Virus record (IMG/VR): IMGVR_UViG_3300010399_000001
Span: 1 to 64,000 of that record
Source: a virus
DNA: 64,000 bases
Direction: 5' to 3' (one strand)
Shown here: piece by piece, positions 9,996 through 20,169 of the stretch
Layout: each line of letters begins with the position of its first letter
Position numbering within the stretch: position 1 is the first letter of the stretch
Notes under the pieces: generated by a model
Databases searched by the model: none
Told to the model about the DNA's origin: nothing
Seen by the model: the letters and a program-made list of their open reading frames with translations, nothing else
Program-made: the position numbers and the translations under genes

Positions 9996-10453
9996 CGTAC
10001 TGACCCCTTGATCGCCAGCTGCATCAGCCTGTCGAGGATGTCGACGGGTACCATGGCCCACTCCGAGTGCAGGTCCCCCACCCATCGAACGTGCTCGCCA
10101 GCCTCGAAGCCGATGAGGGCGAGCGCCTCGTTGAACTGGTTGATCCTCTCCTCTGGCAGCAGCGCCTCCTCGTCCACCCCCCACTTGGCCAACTGCGTGC
10201 GGCCCTTCTCGGTGATCTCGTACACGAAGGTGCGGTCAACCTTCTCGCGGGTGACCAGGCCGTTCTGCGCAAAGCCGACCATGACGCGCGAGACGGTGAT
10301 CGGGCTCGGCCCGGACTTGCCGTTCCGCAGCGCCATGGCGATCTGTGCGGCGTATACCGGCTCTCTGGACTTGGCCAACAGCGTCAGCGCCGAGAGGCTG
10401 ATGTTCGTGCGGTAGTGGCCGCGCCCGTTCGGATAACGCTCACTCTCACTCAC
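9992..10453 (-). CDS. Winged-helix DNA-binding protein (PadR/MarR-like)
   Basis: TVSRVMVGFAQNGLVTREK...FVYEITEKGR. Confidence 0.7.
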   Translation of the reverse strand: MSESERYPNGRGHYRTNISLSALTLLAKSREPVYAAQIAMALRNGKSGPSPITVSRVMVGFAQNGLVTREKVDRTFVYEITEKGRTQLAKWGVDEEALLPEERINQFNEALALIGFEAGEHVRWVGDLHSEWAMVPVDILDRLMQLAIKGSVR

Positions 10454-12597
10454 GTTCGTTCTCTCGCTTCTGCGACCAGGCCCTTGACGAAGCCCTGGTA
10501 CGCCTTGGGATGCGTCTCGCGCACGTACTGGACGAAGGACTGTATGACTCCAGGCCGACCAGTCATGTTCGCGGACGCTTCCTGGATCAGCTTCTGAACC
10601 AGGACAGACTCGGGACTGGGCGCTTTATCCTTGCCGCCTGCGTGTTTCTCAGTGCTTGCTTGCACGCTCGGCCTCCCTGGCTTCCCGCCTGCGGTGGAAA
10701 TCTTTCAGTTCCACCAACATCGTCACGGTCTTCAGGTGGAGGGCGTCCAGATCCTTCGGGAAGAACATCTGAGGCCGCCATCCGGAGTCATGCGACTCGA
10801 TGAACCAGGCCACGAGGTATTCCATCTGATCCGCCGACAGGTCGGCGAAGATGGCGCGGCGGTTGCGCTCGATGCGCTCAGCCATTGCGGTACGACTTGC
10901 TTGGACCGCCGGAGCCGTCGATGGCCAGGCGTGCGGCCTGGATGGCGCTGATGATCCGCCCGGCCTCGGTGGGCGGAGCGGTGCCGAAACCGTTCCAGCC
11001 GTCGATGTTCGCCTCGACGGTCTCGTTCCACAGGTCCAGCTCCTCGCTGATGCGGTCCAGATCCGCCAGCTGCCCGTTCTTGGCCTTGTTGCGCCCGGCC
11101 TGCGGGTCCTCGAACCGCAGCATGACTCTGCGGTGGATGTTTCGATACTGCCTCCACGCCTCCTCCCCGAGGCTGTGGGTGCTTGCATACGACCTGCTGA
11201 ACGCGCCGGAGATCGCCTTTGCCGCCTTCTTGCTGCGAACCGTGCTACAGATGATGGTGTTGTCCGGCATGCAGATACGCAGACTCCAGGAGCCGGTCCC
11301 GAGCCGGTCGATGAAGTAGTCGATCCCTCTACACTGCGACGCTAGGTAGACGCGATCGCCAATACCGATCATCTTGACCCACTGCAACGCACACAGGTCC
11401 GCAGCGCGATCCTTGGCCACGGTGATGCGGTTGGGGATCGGACCGGCCTTCTCGTACTCGCGCGCCGTAGTCTGCGCCAGATCCAGCGCCGCGAGGTACT
11501 CGGTGAAGTTGGCGCCCGTTCTGCGTCCATCGCCGTGGTAGATGTCCAGCCGGTAGCTGGAAGTGCCCATCGGATCGATGACGTAGAAGTGATCCCTCCC
11601 CTGCGCCTCATAGCTACGGCCGTGCGCGGCGGTATCGGGGCCTTCCTTGAACTTCACGGTCATACTCCCATCAGCAGATAGTTGGTGGTCCCCAGGCGCA
11701 GCGGATACTCCTCGTCGGCGTGCTCCAGGTCGAAACACCACCACATCCCTGCGGCCTGCTGGGAGCTGGATACCGGATGGCCGCACTCCGGTAGCAGGCC
11801 ATCGGCCAGCACGTGCGCGTAGTGGACGTACATGCGCGCCTTGCGCCATCTGGCCTGCGCTACCTTCAGCGCCTCACGCGCGGAGGAGCCCGGCTGGGAG
11901 CCGAACGCATAGGACTCCGCACTGGCGCGATGGCGCTCGGCGGTAAGGACTATGCCCTCTGCGTGATCGAGCAGGATCATGCGCCCATGGCGCTCCCTGG
12001 CGTCCTCGCCTGCGCCGTAGATCTTCTCCAGGTCATCGACCGGATGCGAGGTCATTCCCTCGCCCAGCCACATCACGTCGGCCGCAACTTCCTCCGGGAA
12101 GTCTCCGCAGATGTCGTAGCCGACGCGACTGACCTCACCAAACGATCGGCTGCGGGTGATGGTGCCGCCGCGCCGCAGGATTACCAGATCGTTCTTGCGC
12201 AGACCGAGTTCGTCGATCATGGCTACCACACCTCGTGCTTGAGGCCGCCATGGGATGTCAGATCCCAGCCGACGATGTGCACCGGCGAGTAAAGCTCCAG
12301 TACCTCGGGCATCACCACGTCCACGATGTCGCAGGCAGAGTGCTCGGGATCACCGTCCGCCGCCTTCCACCTATCCAGCGACCCGTGCCGGGAGATCAGG
12401 CCCGCCAGCATGCCGACGACGAACAGGTTGTCGCACGCCAGCAGGATGTTTCCGCCCTCGTCGCACAGGGCTACCAGGTGCTCGGTCTCCTCGTCGATGT
12501 TCATGACGAACAGGTCGCTACCCAGCGGCGAGGGTGCGCTCCAGCCGGGATAGTCAGCCAAGGCTCTCGCCTCTACACCCACCGTCAGTGTGGTCAT
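10450..12597 (-). other. Run of small hypothetical phage genes (10450-10665, 10649-10884, 10878-11663, 11660-12229, 12223-12597)
   Basis: Tightly overlapping start/stop codons downstream of the promoter motif at 12633. Confidence 0.55.
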
Positions 12598-12892
12598 AGC
12601 CCCTCCTCATCTCTCGCGCGCTCTGCGCATGCGAGCATCGTAGCATGTGCGCGCAAGCAAAGGCACCCCCGACCGTGATCGATCGGGGGTGCCCTCTAGG
12701 GTTTGCTATTGCCTGTGACGGACCTCATCGACCATCCGGTAGATGATCTGGAAGCGCTGTGCTGCGAACGTCGCAGTGATGGCGATGCACAGCGATGAGG
12801 TCACATCGCGCGTCACCATCACCGCCGCCCCGGCGCTCAGGAAGCCGGTGCCGAGTTGGCCGAGGGCCGGTAGCAGCCGGGGGGTGTCCACC

Positions 12893-13270
12893 TCACACCT
12901 GGCTGTACTTCTGGCGCGGCTGGCGCAGCAGGGTGATGCGCTTGCGGTAGGACTCCAGGTCCATCTGAACTGCTGGGGACAGTTCGCCGAAGGTGACATC
13001 CAGCCATGAGCAGCCGTGATTCTCACCGCCGCAGGAGCACTCACAGTCGGGTCCGACTGCCATCATGCAGGTCGGGTCGCACGGGATGACCTCGTCGACC
13101 TGAGCGCTCACCCGCGTGAGCTGGACCGGTTTGGCGCAGTTCGGGCAACGCACGCGCCTGAAGTTGCCCTGCCATTCCACGTCACGCGCAACCGGGAGGA
13201 TGCAATCTTCGCAGCGCCCGAGGAACCTGTTGGTAGTGGCGAAAGTTCGCGGGAGCATCAGGGTGCCCAT
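12893..13270 (-). CDS. Cys-rich zinc-binding protein
   Basis: CEDC, CPNC, CDPTCMMAVGPDCECSCGGENHG. Confidence 0.65.
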   Translation of the reverse strand: MGTLMLPRTFATTNRFLGRCEDCILPVARDVEWQGNFRRVRCPNCAKPVQLTRVSAQVDEVIPCDPTCMMAVGPDCECSCGGENHGCSWLDVTFGELSPAVQMDLESYRKRITLLRQPRQKYSQV

Positions 13271-13496
13271 GTGGATCAACTCCTCTCTAAAGGGATGCTG
13301 AGAGCATTGTAGCGCATGCGCGCACAGCAGCACACCCCCGCATCGATTGACGCGGGGGCACTGCTTAGGTCTATTCAGTTATCTTGCCGTGTGTCGCGGG
13401 TCATGTCGTCATGCAGACGCGCCATGCCGCGACCTAGACGCCAGAGGAACGCACCGAAGGCGAGGCATGATGTGGTTCCGATGGCGATTGCGGTGA

Positions 13497-15236
13497 TCAC
13501 GCTGATGGTGGCAGGCCAGTGCCCAGGCAGCCGCGCCGCCTGTCCCCCTCGTCGTTATAACGGGACTTGTGCACCTCTTTCGAGGGGTGCCACATGACCA
13601 TCCCGTCTGCGTCCAGGAGCTTCTCCTCGCCGCACTTCAAGCACGATCCGATACCACCGGTCGGCTCGACCAGGCTCTTGGGGATGCCGAGCAGGATGTC
13701 GACCTTTCCGCGAGTTGGCTGCCCGTCGATACTCTTGCTGCCGGGATGCGGATCTACCCACGTGTCGAAGCCCATCAGCCCCTCCTCGATTCGATGGCGC
13801 GCTCCGGATGCCACAGCGGCCACACCCACGTCTCGCAGCTATCGTGAATCCGATAGCCGAAGTACTCGCGCCACCCGGCACCCTTGTAGTCGATCGCATC
13901 GGCCGCATAGGAGCCGCAGATGCAGCACTGGAAGTGATCGGGCGGCCAGACTCGTGGAGTCTTGGACTGCTCCACCTCGACCAGCCCCACGCGCCGCGTA
14001 CGAGCCAGCGCGATACCGATACTGCCGGTGGCTAGGACGGTGAACAGCCACCCCATAGCGGCTGGCATCCCGAAGATGAAGATGATCGCCGCCATCGCCG
14101 CGTACAGGATGGCGTATGCCGCGTCCCTGCGGGCTTGGGTACGCATCATGTCGAGGCCGTGGCGATCGACGATCTTGGGGTTGAACCCGCTCATTTTCCA
14201 CCTCCCGTCTTGCATGACTTCCAGATGACAGTACGAACGAACCGCCCCTCCACCGTCTCCACCTCGGTAATGCGGTCACCTGTCGCACGCGTGGCGGTGA
14301 TGGGATGGGTGATCATGACGACCTCCTCCAGGATCGCCTTATCCGCCAGCTTCACGTAGACGGTCGCCTCCACCGCGCCGGTCCGCTCCGTCTCGCGCAG
14401 GTGCTTGATCAGAACCGACTCGTCTCCAGCCATGATGCCGCCCGCTGCGGCGACTACGTACTGATCTTCGCCCTCGAATACCGCGAAGCTCATTCCTCTC
14501 CAACCTCCCACTCCAGTTCGCCGATGACCTGGCGCTTGTAGATCTCGCGGATTGCAGTCCAGTGCAGCGTCTGCCGCATCCCGTCGATGGTGACCATGAT
14601 GGCGCTGTGCTTGATCGCGTGCAGGATCATCTGCTTGCGTCCGCCGTTGCGGTACTTCAGCATGATCTCCATGCCGTCCTGCACCTCGGACTCGTCTAGC
14701 GGGATATGGGCGACCAGCTTGGACTTCGCCATCCTCGGCTTGAGGTCGCCCTTCCCATCTACCACCGTCTCGGTGATGAACGTCTGAAACGGTGTGACAT
14801 GACCGGGGAGAAGAACCCAGATCGCGTCGTCTTCAGAGCCGGGCTCGTCGGTGAGCCAGAAGATCCTACGCATATAGCTGACCAGCTCGTCGGTGCTCAG
14901 CATGCGCGGAGCGAGGACCGGAGAGGTCAGCAGGAATCTGGTCTGCGCGCTGCCGACTCCGGAGTATGACAGCAGTGGGTAGATCCGTGCCGGGACGACG
15001 TGCGTCGGAGCGCCCTCGCGATCGGGGCGAATGCAGATGGTCGAAGGCACCAGGGCCTCGCCATCCTCGTAGAACAGGTGGCCGCGTGGCGTCCAGTCCG
15101 TGACCTTCCCCATGGCCGCCGGGATCTGCTTGACCAGCTCGGCCTCGGCGAACTTCTTTGCGTCCGCCTCCCTCAAGCCCTCCGCGAGCTTGCTCATGCC
15201 GTTGAATACCGAGAACTTGTCGTCGGTCGGGTTCAT
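13497..15236 (-). other. Run of hypothetical genes (including membrane protein 13775-14215 and 14490-15236)
   Basis: Coupled ORFs downstream of promoter motif at 15271. Confidence 0.5.
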
Positions 15237-15410
15237 CAGCCCTCCAGTCTCTTGCGCGCTCTCTGCGCGCGAGTAGCGTAGCATGCTCCCCTATGCCGGG
15301 ATCACGCTCTCAGAAGCGCTGAGAGCAGCGCTCCCCCATGATCACCAGCGCAGCGCTGCCCCGGCGCGGGGCAGCGCTGGCAAGCGCTCAGCAGCGCTCT
15401 GCGCGCTCGC

Positions 15411-16316
15411 TCACGGTCGAACGAGCTTGCGCACCAGCTCCCGAGCCAGACCCTCTACCTCATCCGAGACAAGCTCGATGGCCTCCAGCGACTGCGGGAA
15501 GCCGCCGCTCTCGGTCTTGTCGATGGCCTCCAGCCAGGCCACCAGATCGACGAACATCTGCGGCTCGGTGCGCGGCATATCCCGCAGTACGTAGGTACCG
15601 AGCGAGTCCATATAGGTGCGCAGGTCACCTCCTCCGCGCTCCGTGGCGAGCAGGTTGGCGCACAGCACCACGAACACGCCGATCAGCTGACCCCTGCGCA
15701 GGTCGGGATTGGACGGGTCCTCGCCGCCGTGTATGAACTCCTCTTTGACGCTCATCGCGGTCTGGAAGGCGGCGTCCAGCAGGCACTCACCGCCGTCGTC
15801 GTGGCACGCGCGCCACTTGGGCTGCCACTCGGGCGTGATCGCCAGGAACATCGCCCGCGCGGCTTCCACGTCGCCGTAGTTGCTGGCAGCGCCATCGTTG
15901 AGTTCGATCAGGTAGGTGTGATCGCGTTTGCACGGACTGGTCCGCAGCATGGTTTCCCTCGCCTCTGTGAATGCGTATATCCACGCCGGTCTCCCGGAAT
16001 CGGAAAGCCGGTCCCTCTGCGCCAGTTCATCGATGATCGCCGTGGCGATCAGTATTCGCATGGCCTCGCGCCACGCGCGGTACTTGTCCTTCCCCCTCTC
16101 GGTGTTGGTGGGTCTGGTTCTACCGCGCTCCCAGTCGCTGAGGCCGGAGAATGAGACCGTCCTGCCGAGCAGCTGCCTCATGACCTTCGCGACTTCTGTC
16201 AGCGGTATGTTGTGCCGTGCGCGCAGTTGCCTTGCCCAGACGAACTCAGGTTCCGGTTTGCCGGTTGCAACCTTGACGTACTTCCACGTCGATCCGGCCC
16301 TGCTGCGGGGTAGCAT
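15411..16316 (-). CDS. XRE-type HTH domain protein
   Basis: RQLRARHNIPLTEVAK...VSFSGLSDWERGRTRP. Confidence 0.7.
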   Translation of the reverse strand: MLPRSRAGSTWKYVKVATGKPEPEFVWARQLRARHNIPLTEVAKVMRQLLGRTVSFSGLSDWERGRTRPTNTERGKDKYRAWREAMRILIATAIIDELAQRDRLSDSGRPAWIYAFTEARETMLRTSPCKRDHTYLIELNDGAASNYGDVEAARAMFLAITPEWQPKWRACHDDGGECLLDAAFQTAMSVKEEFIHGGEDPSNPDLRRGQLIGVFVVLCANLLATERGGGDLRTYMDSLGTYVLRDMPRTEPQMFVDLVAWLEAIDKTESGGFPQSLEAIELVSDEVEGLARELVRKLVRP

Positions 16317-16324
16317 CCGACCTC

Positions 16325-17095
16325 CTAGATCTCTGCGCCATTGGACATCTTGTCGTTCAGGGCCAGGAACTCCTGGCCCATCTTCAGGCCCATCTCGTCG
16401 ACGATCGCGCATGCCTCGGCGAACGCCTTCACGGCCCGATCGCGCATGCCAGCGCGCCAGTAGGCGGTGACCAGCTTGACCCGCAACGACTCGCGCGTCG
16501 GATCGAGCGCGATCAGTTGCAGCAACTGGGTGATCGCGCCCTCGTTGTCACCGCGAGCAAGCAGAGCGCCGACCAGGGTCTCCTGCATCTCCGAGCGCAC
16601 CTGGGTGTAGTGTTCGGCCGCTGCGGTCAGGACCGGGCCTACGGCCATGCCCATCAGGAACGTGCCACGCCAGAGTGAGAGGGCGTCGGTTGCGGCTCGC
16701 TGGACCTGGGCCCAGTGACCATTGGCCTGGGCGATGCGCGCATGTGCGGCCAGGGTGGCGAACTGCTTGATGTCCGTGTCGGAGTCGCCCAGGTCTAGGC
16801 GGTGACCGCCAGATACCGTCCTGATCATCTCGCGAGGCAGGCCGATCTCCATCAGACCGGTGCGCAGATGATGGATGTAGACCTGCATCGCCGTCCGATA
16901 AGAGGATGGCACCTCATCCGGAGTCCACAGCTCTGGACGAACCTCCTCGCGCGCCACGTTCTCACCGGCTCTAATGGTCAGAAGTCCCAGCACGAGTTGC
17001 TGGTGGCGTGAGGTCGGTTCCCAGACCCGAAGACCGCGCGTCACGCGCATCGGTCCCAGCACCTCGAAACTCGCTCTCGTGTTAACGGTATTCAT
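16325..17095 (-). CDS. SARP (AfsR/DnrI/RedD) family transcriptional activator: OmpR-type wHTH plus BTAD
   Basis: FEVLGPM...ELW...MQVYIHHLR...TDIKQF...ALSLWRG...DPTRESL...AYWRAG. Confidence 0.9.
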   Translation of the reverse strand: MNTVNTRASFEVLGPMRVTRGLRVWEPTSRHQQLVLGLLTIRAGENVAREEVRPELWTPDEVPSSYRTAMQVYIHHLRTGLMEIGLPREMIRTVSGGHRLDLGDSDTDIKQFATLAAHARIAQANGHWAQVQRAATDALSLWRGTFLMGMAVGPVLTAAAEHYTQVRSEMQETLVGALLARGDNEGAITQLLQLIALDPTRESLRVKLVTAYWRAGMRDRAVKAFAEACAIVDEMGLKMGQEFLALNDKMSNGAEI

Positions 17096-17097
17096 CT

Positions 17098-17418
17098 CTA
17101 CTCCGGTAACTCCTTGACCAGCTCGTCGAGTACGCGTGCAAGCAGGGGTGGCATGCCGCGTGCACCCTCGTATAGGTGGCTGCGCGAGCCCTTTCCGGTC
17201 GCTCTCGGTCCGCCCACCTCGACCGTCGTGCACCGCCAGATCGGCTCGTTCGGCGTGCGGGTGAAGGTGGCGTCGATATAGTCCGGTCTGATGGTGATCT
17301 CGGCGTACTCTCCCCGATACGCACTCGGGAAGGTGATCGTCGCCGTACCATCCAGGGGTGCGCGCAAGATCTCGATACTGCGCTTCTCGACATCGCCGAT
17401 GGTTATCTCGTGGCGCAT
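17098..17418 (-). CDS. Hypothetical protein
   Basis: Translationally coupled ORF. Confidence 0.5.
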   Translation of the reverse strand: MRHEITIGDVEKRSIEILRAPLDGTATITFPSAYRGEYAEITIRPDYIDATFTRTPNEPIWRCTTVEVGGPRATGKGSRSHLYEGARGMPPLLARVLDELVKELPE

Positions 17419-18113
17419 CAGATCTCCCGACTTCCGCGAATGCCGTCCCAGACTTCCCGCTCGTAGAGCGTCGCCGATGCAGCCTTGACCAGGCTGTCCC
17501 TTGCGAACGCGAGCCTGGCGTCGATCTCGGCGCTCCACGCGCTGCGCTCCAACTGCTGCGCATCCGGGGTCAGAGTGATCGAGTCGATCAGGCGCATACC
17601 AGCCACGGTTGCGGCGAAGAATGCCGCAGCCCCCAGTGCGGCGTGCACTGGCCCGTTGTCCAGCATCAGCTGGAAGTCGTCGATGGTGTCATCCCCCCCG
17701 TCGCCACCGCCCGACCCGTCCGCGCTCTCGACCAGAAATCTGATCTCGTCGGCGATGCGCTCCTGCCTGCGGCAGAGGTTGTCTAGACCAGCCATGATGA
17801 TCTCGTGCATGCCGTCCGGGCCGAATGCGACGCCGAGTTTGATGGCCCAGAACAGTCCCTGCCCGTAGAACAGGGACGCGCCGCCATCCTCACCCGGCAG
17901 CGAGCCGCAGATCTCGTCTGTAGCCGACATCAGCACGCCAGCCAGGACCGCGCGCCTCTGTGGGCCGGGTAGCGTCAGGTCGCCTTCGACCTTCCGCGCG
18001 GCGAGGCTCGCCACTCCACCGAGCGATCCGAGGGCGAACATGATGTCCTCGTCGCTCGGTACCTCGCTCGGTTCGCTGGAGCCTTCCGGCTCGCTGGTCT
18101 CGTCGGAATCCAT
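17418..18113 (-). CDS. Hypothetical helical protein
   Basis: AGGAG RBS; promoter motif at 18151. Confidence 0.6.
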   Translation of the reverse strand: MDSDETSEPEGSSEPSEVPSDEDIMFALGSLGGVASLAARKVEGDLTLPGPQRRAVLAGVLMSATDEICGSLPGEDGGASLFYGQGLFWAIKLGVAFGPDGMHEIIMAGLDNLCRRQERIADEIRFLVESADGSGGGDGGDDTIDDFQLMLDNGPVHAALGAAAFFAATVAGMRLIDSITLTPDAQQLERSAWSAEIDARLAFARDSLVKAASATLYEREVWDGIRGSREI

Positions 18114-18243
18114 GACCGCTCCTACTCTCGCGCGCTCTCTGCGCGCATGAGAGCAGCGTAGCATAATTTCCGCATAAGGGCACCGAGAGCGCAGATGGAG
18201 CGGTACCCGCTCACGGGTACCGCTCCAGTCTCACCAGGAGTGC

Positions 18244-18678
18244 CTACTCCTGATCGTCGGACTCCTCTTCGGGCTCGCTCTCACCTGCCTTACCCTCCAG
18301 GAGGGCGACCAGGTGATCGCGGTACTCCTCCAGCACGGACGGGCCCACGAAGAAGCCGATCTTCGGATAGCCGTTGTCCTTCGCCCACATCCGCGCGGCA
18401 TCCTTGTCGATCGGAGTGCCGTCCGGCATGGTGATGACGATCTTGCCTGTCGGCTCGGACCCGGAGCGCTTCTTCGGTGCGGTCGTGGTAGCCGCCTTGC
18501 GCTGACGCTCCTTCTTGGCGTCGGCCAGATCGAGGTACTTCTTGATGTCGGTCTGGAAGGTAACGAAGTTTGCATCCCCGAGGTCCAGGTTGCAGCGCGA
18601 ACCATCCACGATGATCGACACCTGATGTGTTGCATCGGTGCCGTCGATGTCGTCTGTGCGCACCACCTTGGTCGCCAT
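18244..18678 (-). CDS. lsr2: Lsr2-like protein (second copy)
   Basis: MATKVVRTDDIDG...VDGSRCNLDL; C-terminal ARMWAKDNGY...VLEEY. Confidence 0.85.
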   Translation of the reverse strand: MATKVVRTDDIDGTDATHQVSIIVDGSRCNLDLGDANFVTFQTDIKKYLDLADAKKERQRKAATTTAPKKRSGSEPTGKIVITMPDGTPIDKDAARMWAKDNGYPKIGFFVGPSVLEEYRDHLVALLEGKAGESEPEEESDDQE

Positions 18679-19704
18679 GTAAAGCCCCTTCCCGTCGCTC
18701 TCTCAGCGCTTAGCGCGCTAGAGAGCATCGTAGCATGTGCGCGCTCTGTGATCAATCATCACTATCAGGGCTGTTCAGATCCAGGCGTGGCCTATCTCTA
18801 TGAAGTGGCGTTCTGAACAGCCGCTCCAGACTGCCGTACAAGTCGATCAGGCCATCTAGTACGGTCGGGTAGTCCAACCCGGTTGCCGATTTCCATCCCG
18901 GGAGCGGATCGGCAGTGGCACTTCTTTTTAGAAGGTCGACCAGCGTGTCTTCATTCGGTCTGGTCATCCCAGGTCTCCACCAGGTTCATCAAGGCATCCA
19001 CCTCCGAGCCGCCATAGCCGGTCTTGCCTGTTGGGATGTGAGTGACCTTCTTGTAGTGCGCGCTGTTGGGTGTCGTCTGGAAGCGAAGATCCCCGCTTCT
19101 ACCGAGAGACGCGAGCAGCGCCAGGAGGCCGGGTCGCTTCTGATAGTCGATCCGCTCGGCTTCTGCGAACTCGGGCGACGGTGGCCAGATATTGCTGACC
19201 CGACCCGCATCTACACGCGAATCAACCAGCCATCGGTTATGTAGATCAGCGATGTGCGATGCGGTCTTCTCGTCCATGAAGCAGCCGACCTCATGCATCA
19301 CCTCACCCTGGGTGATCTCATCCGCCTCGGCGGGAGTCGCATCGATCGTCATGATGCACCACCCGCCTATCAGATCGTTCGACTTCGCATGCCAGGGCGC
19401 GTTCAGCATCTCTTCGATGTCGACCTTCGGATATCCCTGCGCATCAGGCGCAGATCGTCCAGCCTCTCCCAGATCTCCGGGTCCTGGTGATCCAGCATCC
19501 ATGAGCACTCCTTGCGATAGTCGTGGAGATCGGCCATCCCTCGCACATCGCCACCCTGAGCGAACCCCTCACCCTTGCGCCATATCGGCCGCCAGTCGAA
19601 GTAGTGGCGCTTGGTGTGGATTCGCAGGCCGATCGGACTACCCCAGAGTCGCCTGTCGACGCTCCAGGGCCAGGTGAAGAACACCTTCACCCACCGGGTG
19701 TTGA

Positions 19705-20169
19705 TCACAGGATCTCCTGGAGGCAGTCCTCTGGATCGTAGCCAGCCTCATCTGGAAATCTGTTACCCCTGTCCGGCCACATCACCTGCCAAGCCTTCGG
19801 ATAGTCACCGTAGAGGCGCTTGGCGACGCCGAGGAGCGCCTTATCGGTAATCTCCCGCAGCTTGACGTTGTAGCCGCCACTGATGATCCCCTCGATGATC
19901 AAACCGTCCATCGGTTTGATGCCGCGATTGGTGATGGCGATCGGCAGGTCGTTGAGCAGATGGTGGGACTGATGGGGGGAGAGCCCGGACTGCATGATCT
20001 CGTAGCCGAACCTCTCGTCAGCCGTGAGTCCAACGGTGTAGGAGAAGTTCTGCTCGCGCCCCTCCCCCGCACCCACGTAGATGATCGCGTGACCGCACTT
20101 CTCGATCGTGGCCATCAGGTCGAGCATGAACTCGTCCTCACCCTTCTCGCACATGTCGCACATCGTCAT
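19705..20169 (-). CDS. DUF4262-like protein
   Basis: FSYTVGLT...EIMQSGL...WQVMWPDRGNRFP pattern. Confidence 0.7.
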   Translation of the reverse strand: MTMCDMCEKGEDEFMLDLMATIEKCGHAIIYVGAGEGREQNFSYTVGLTADERFGYEIMQSGLSPHQSHHLLNDLPIAITNRGIKPMDGLIIEGIISGGYNVKLREITDKALLGVAKRLYGDYPKAWQVMWPDRGNRFPDEAGYDPEDCLQEIL

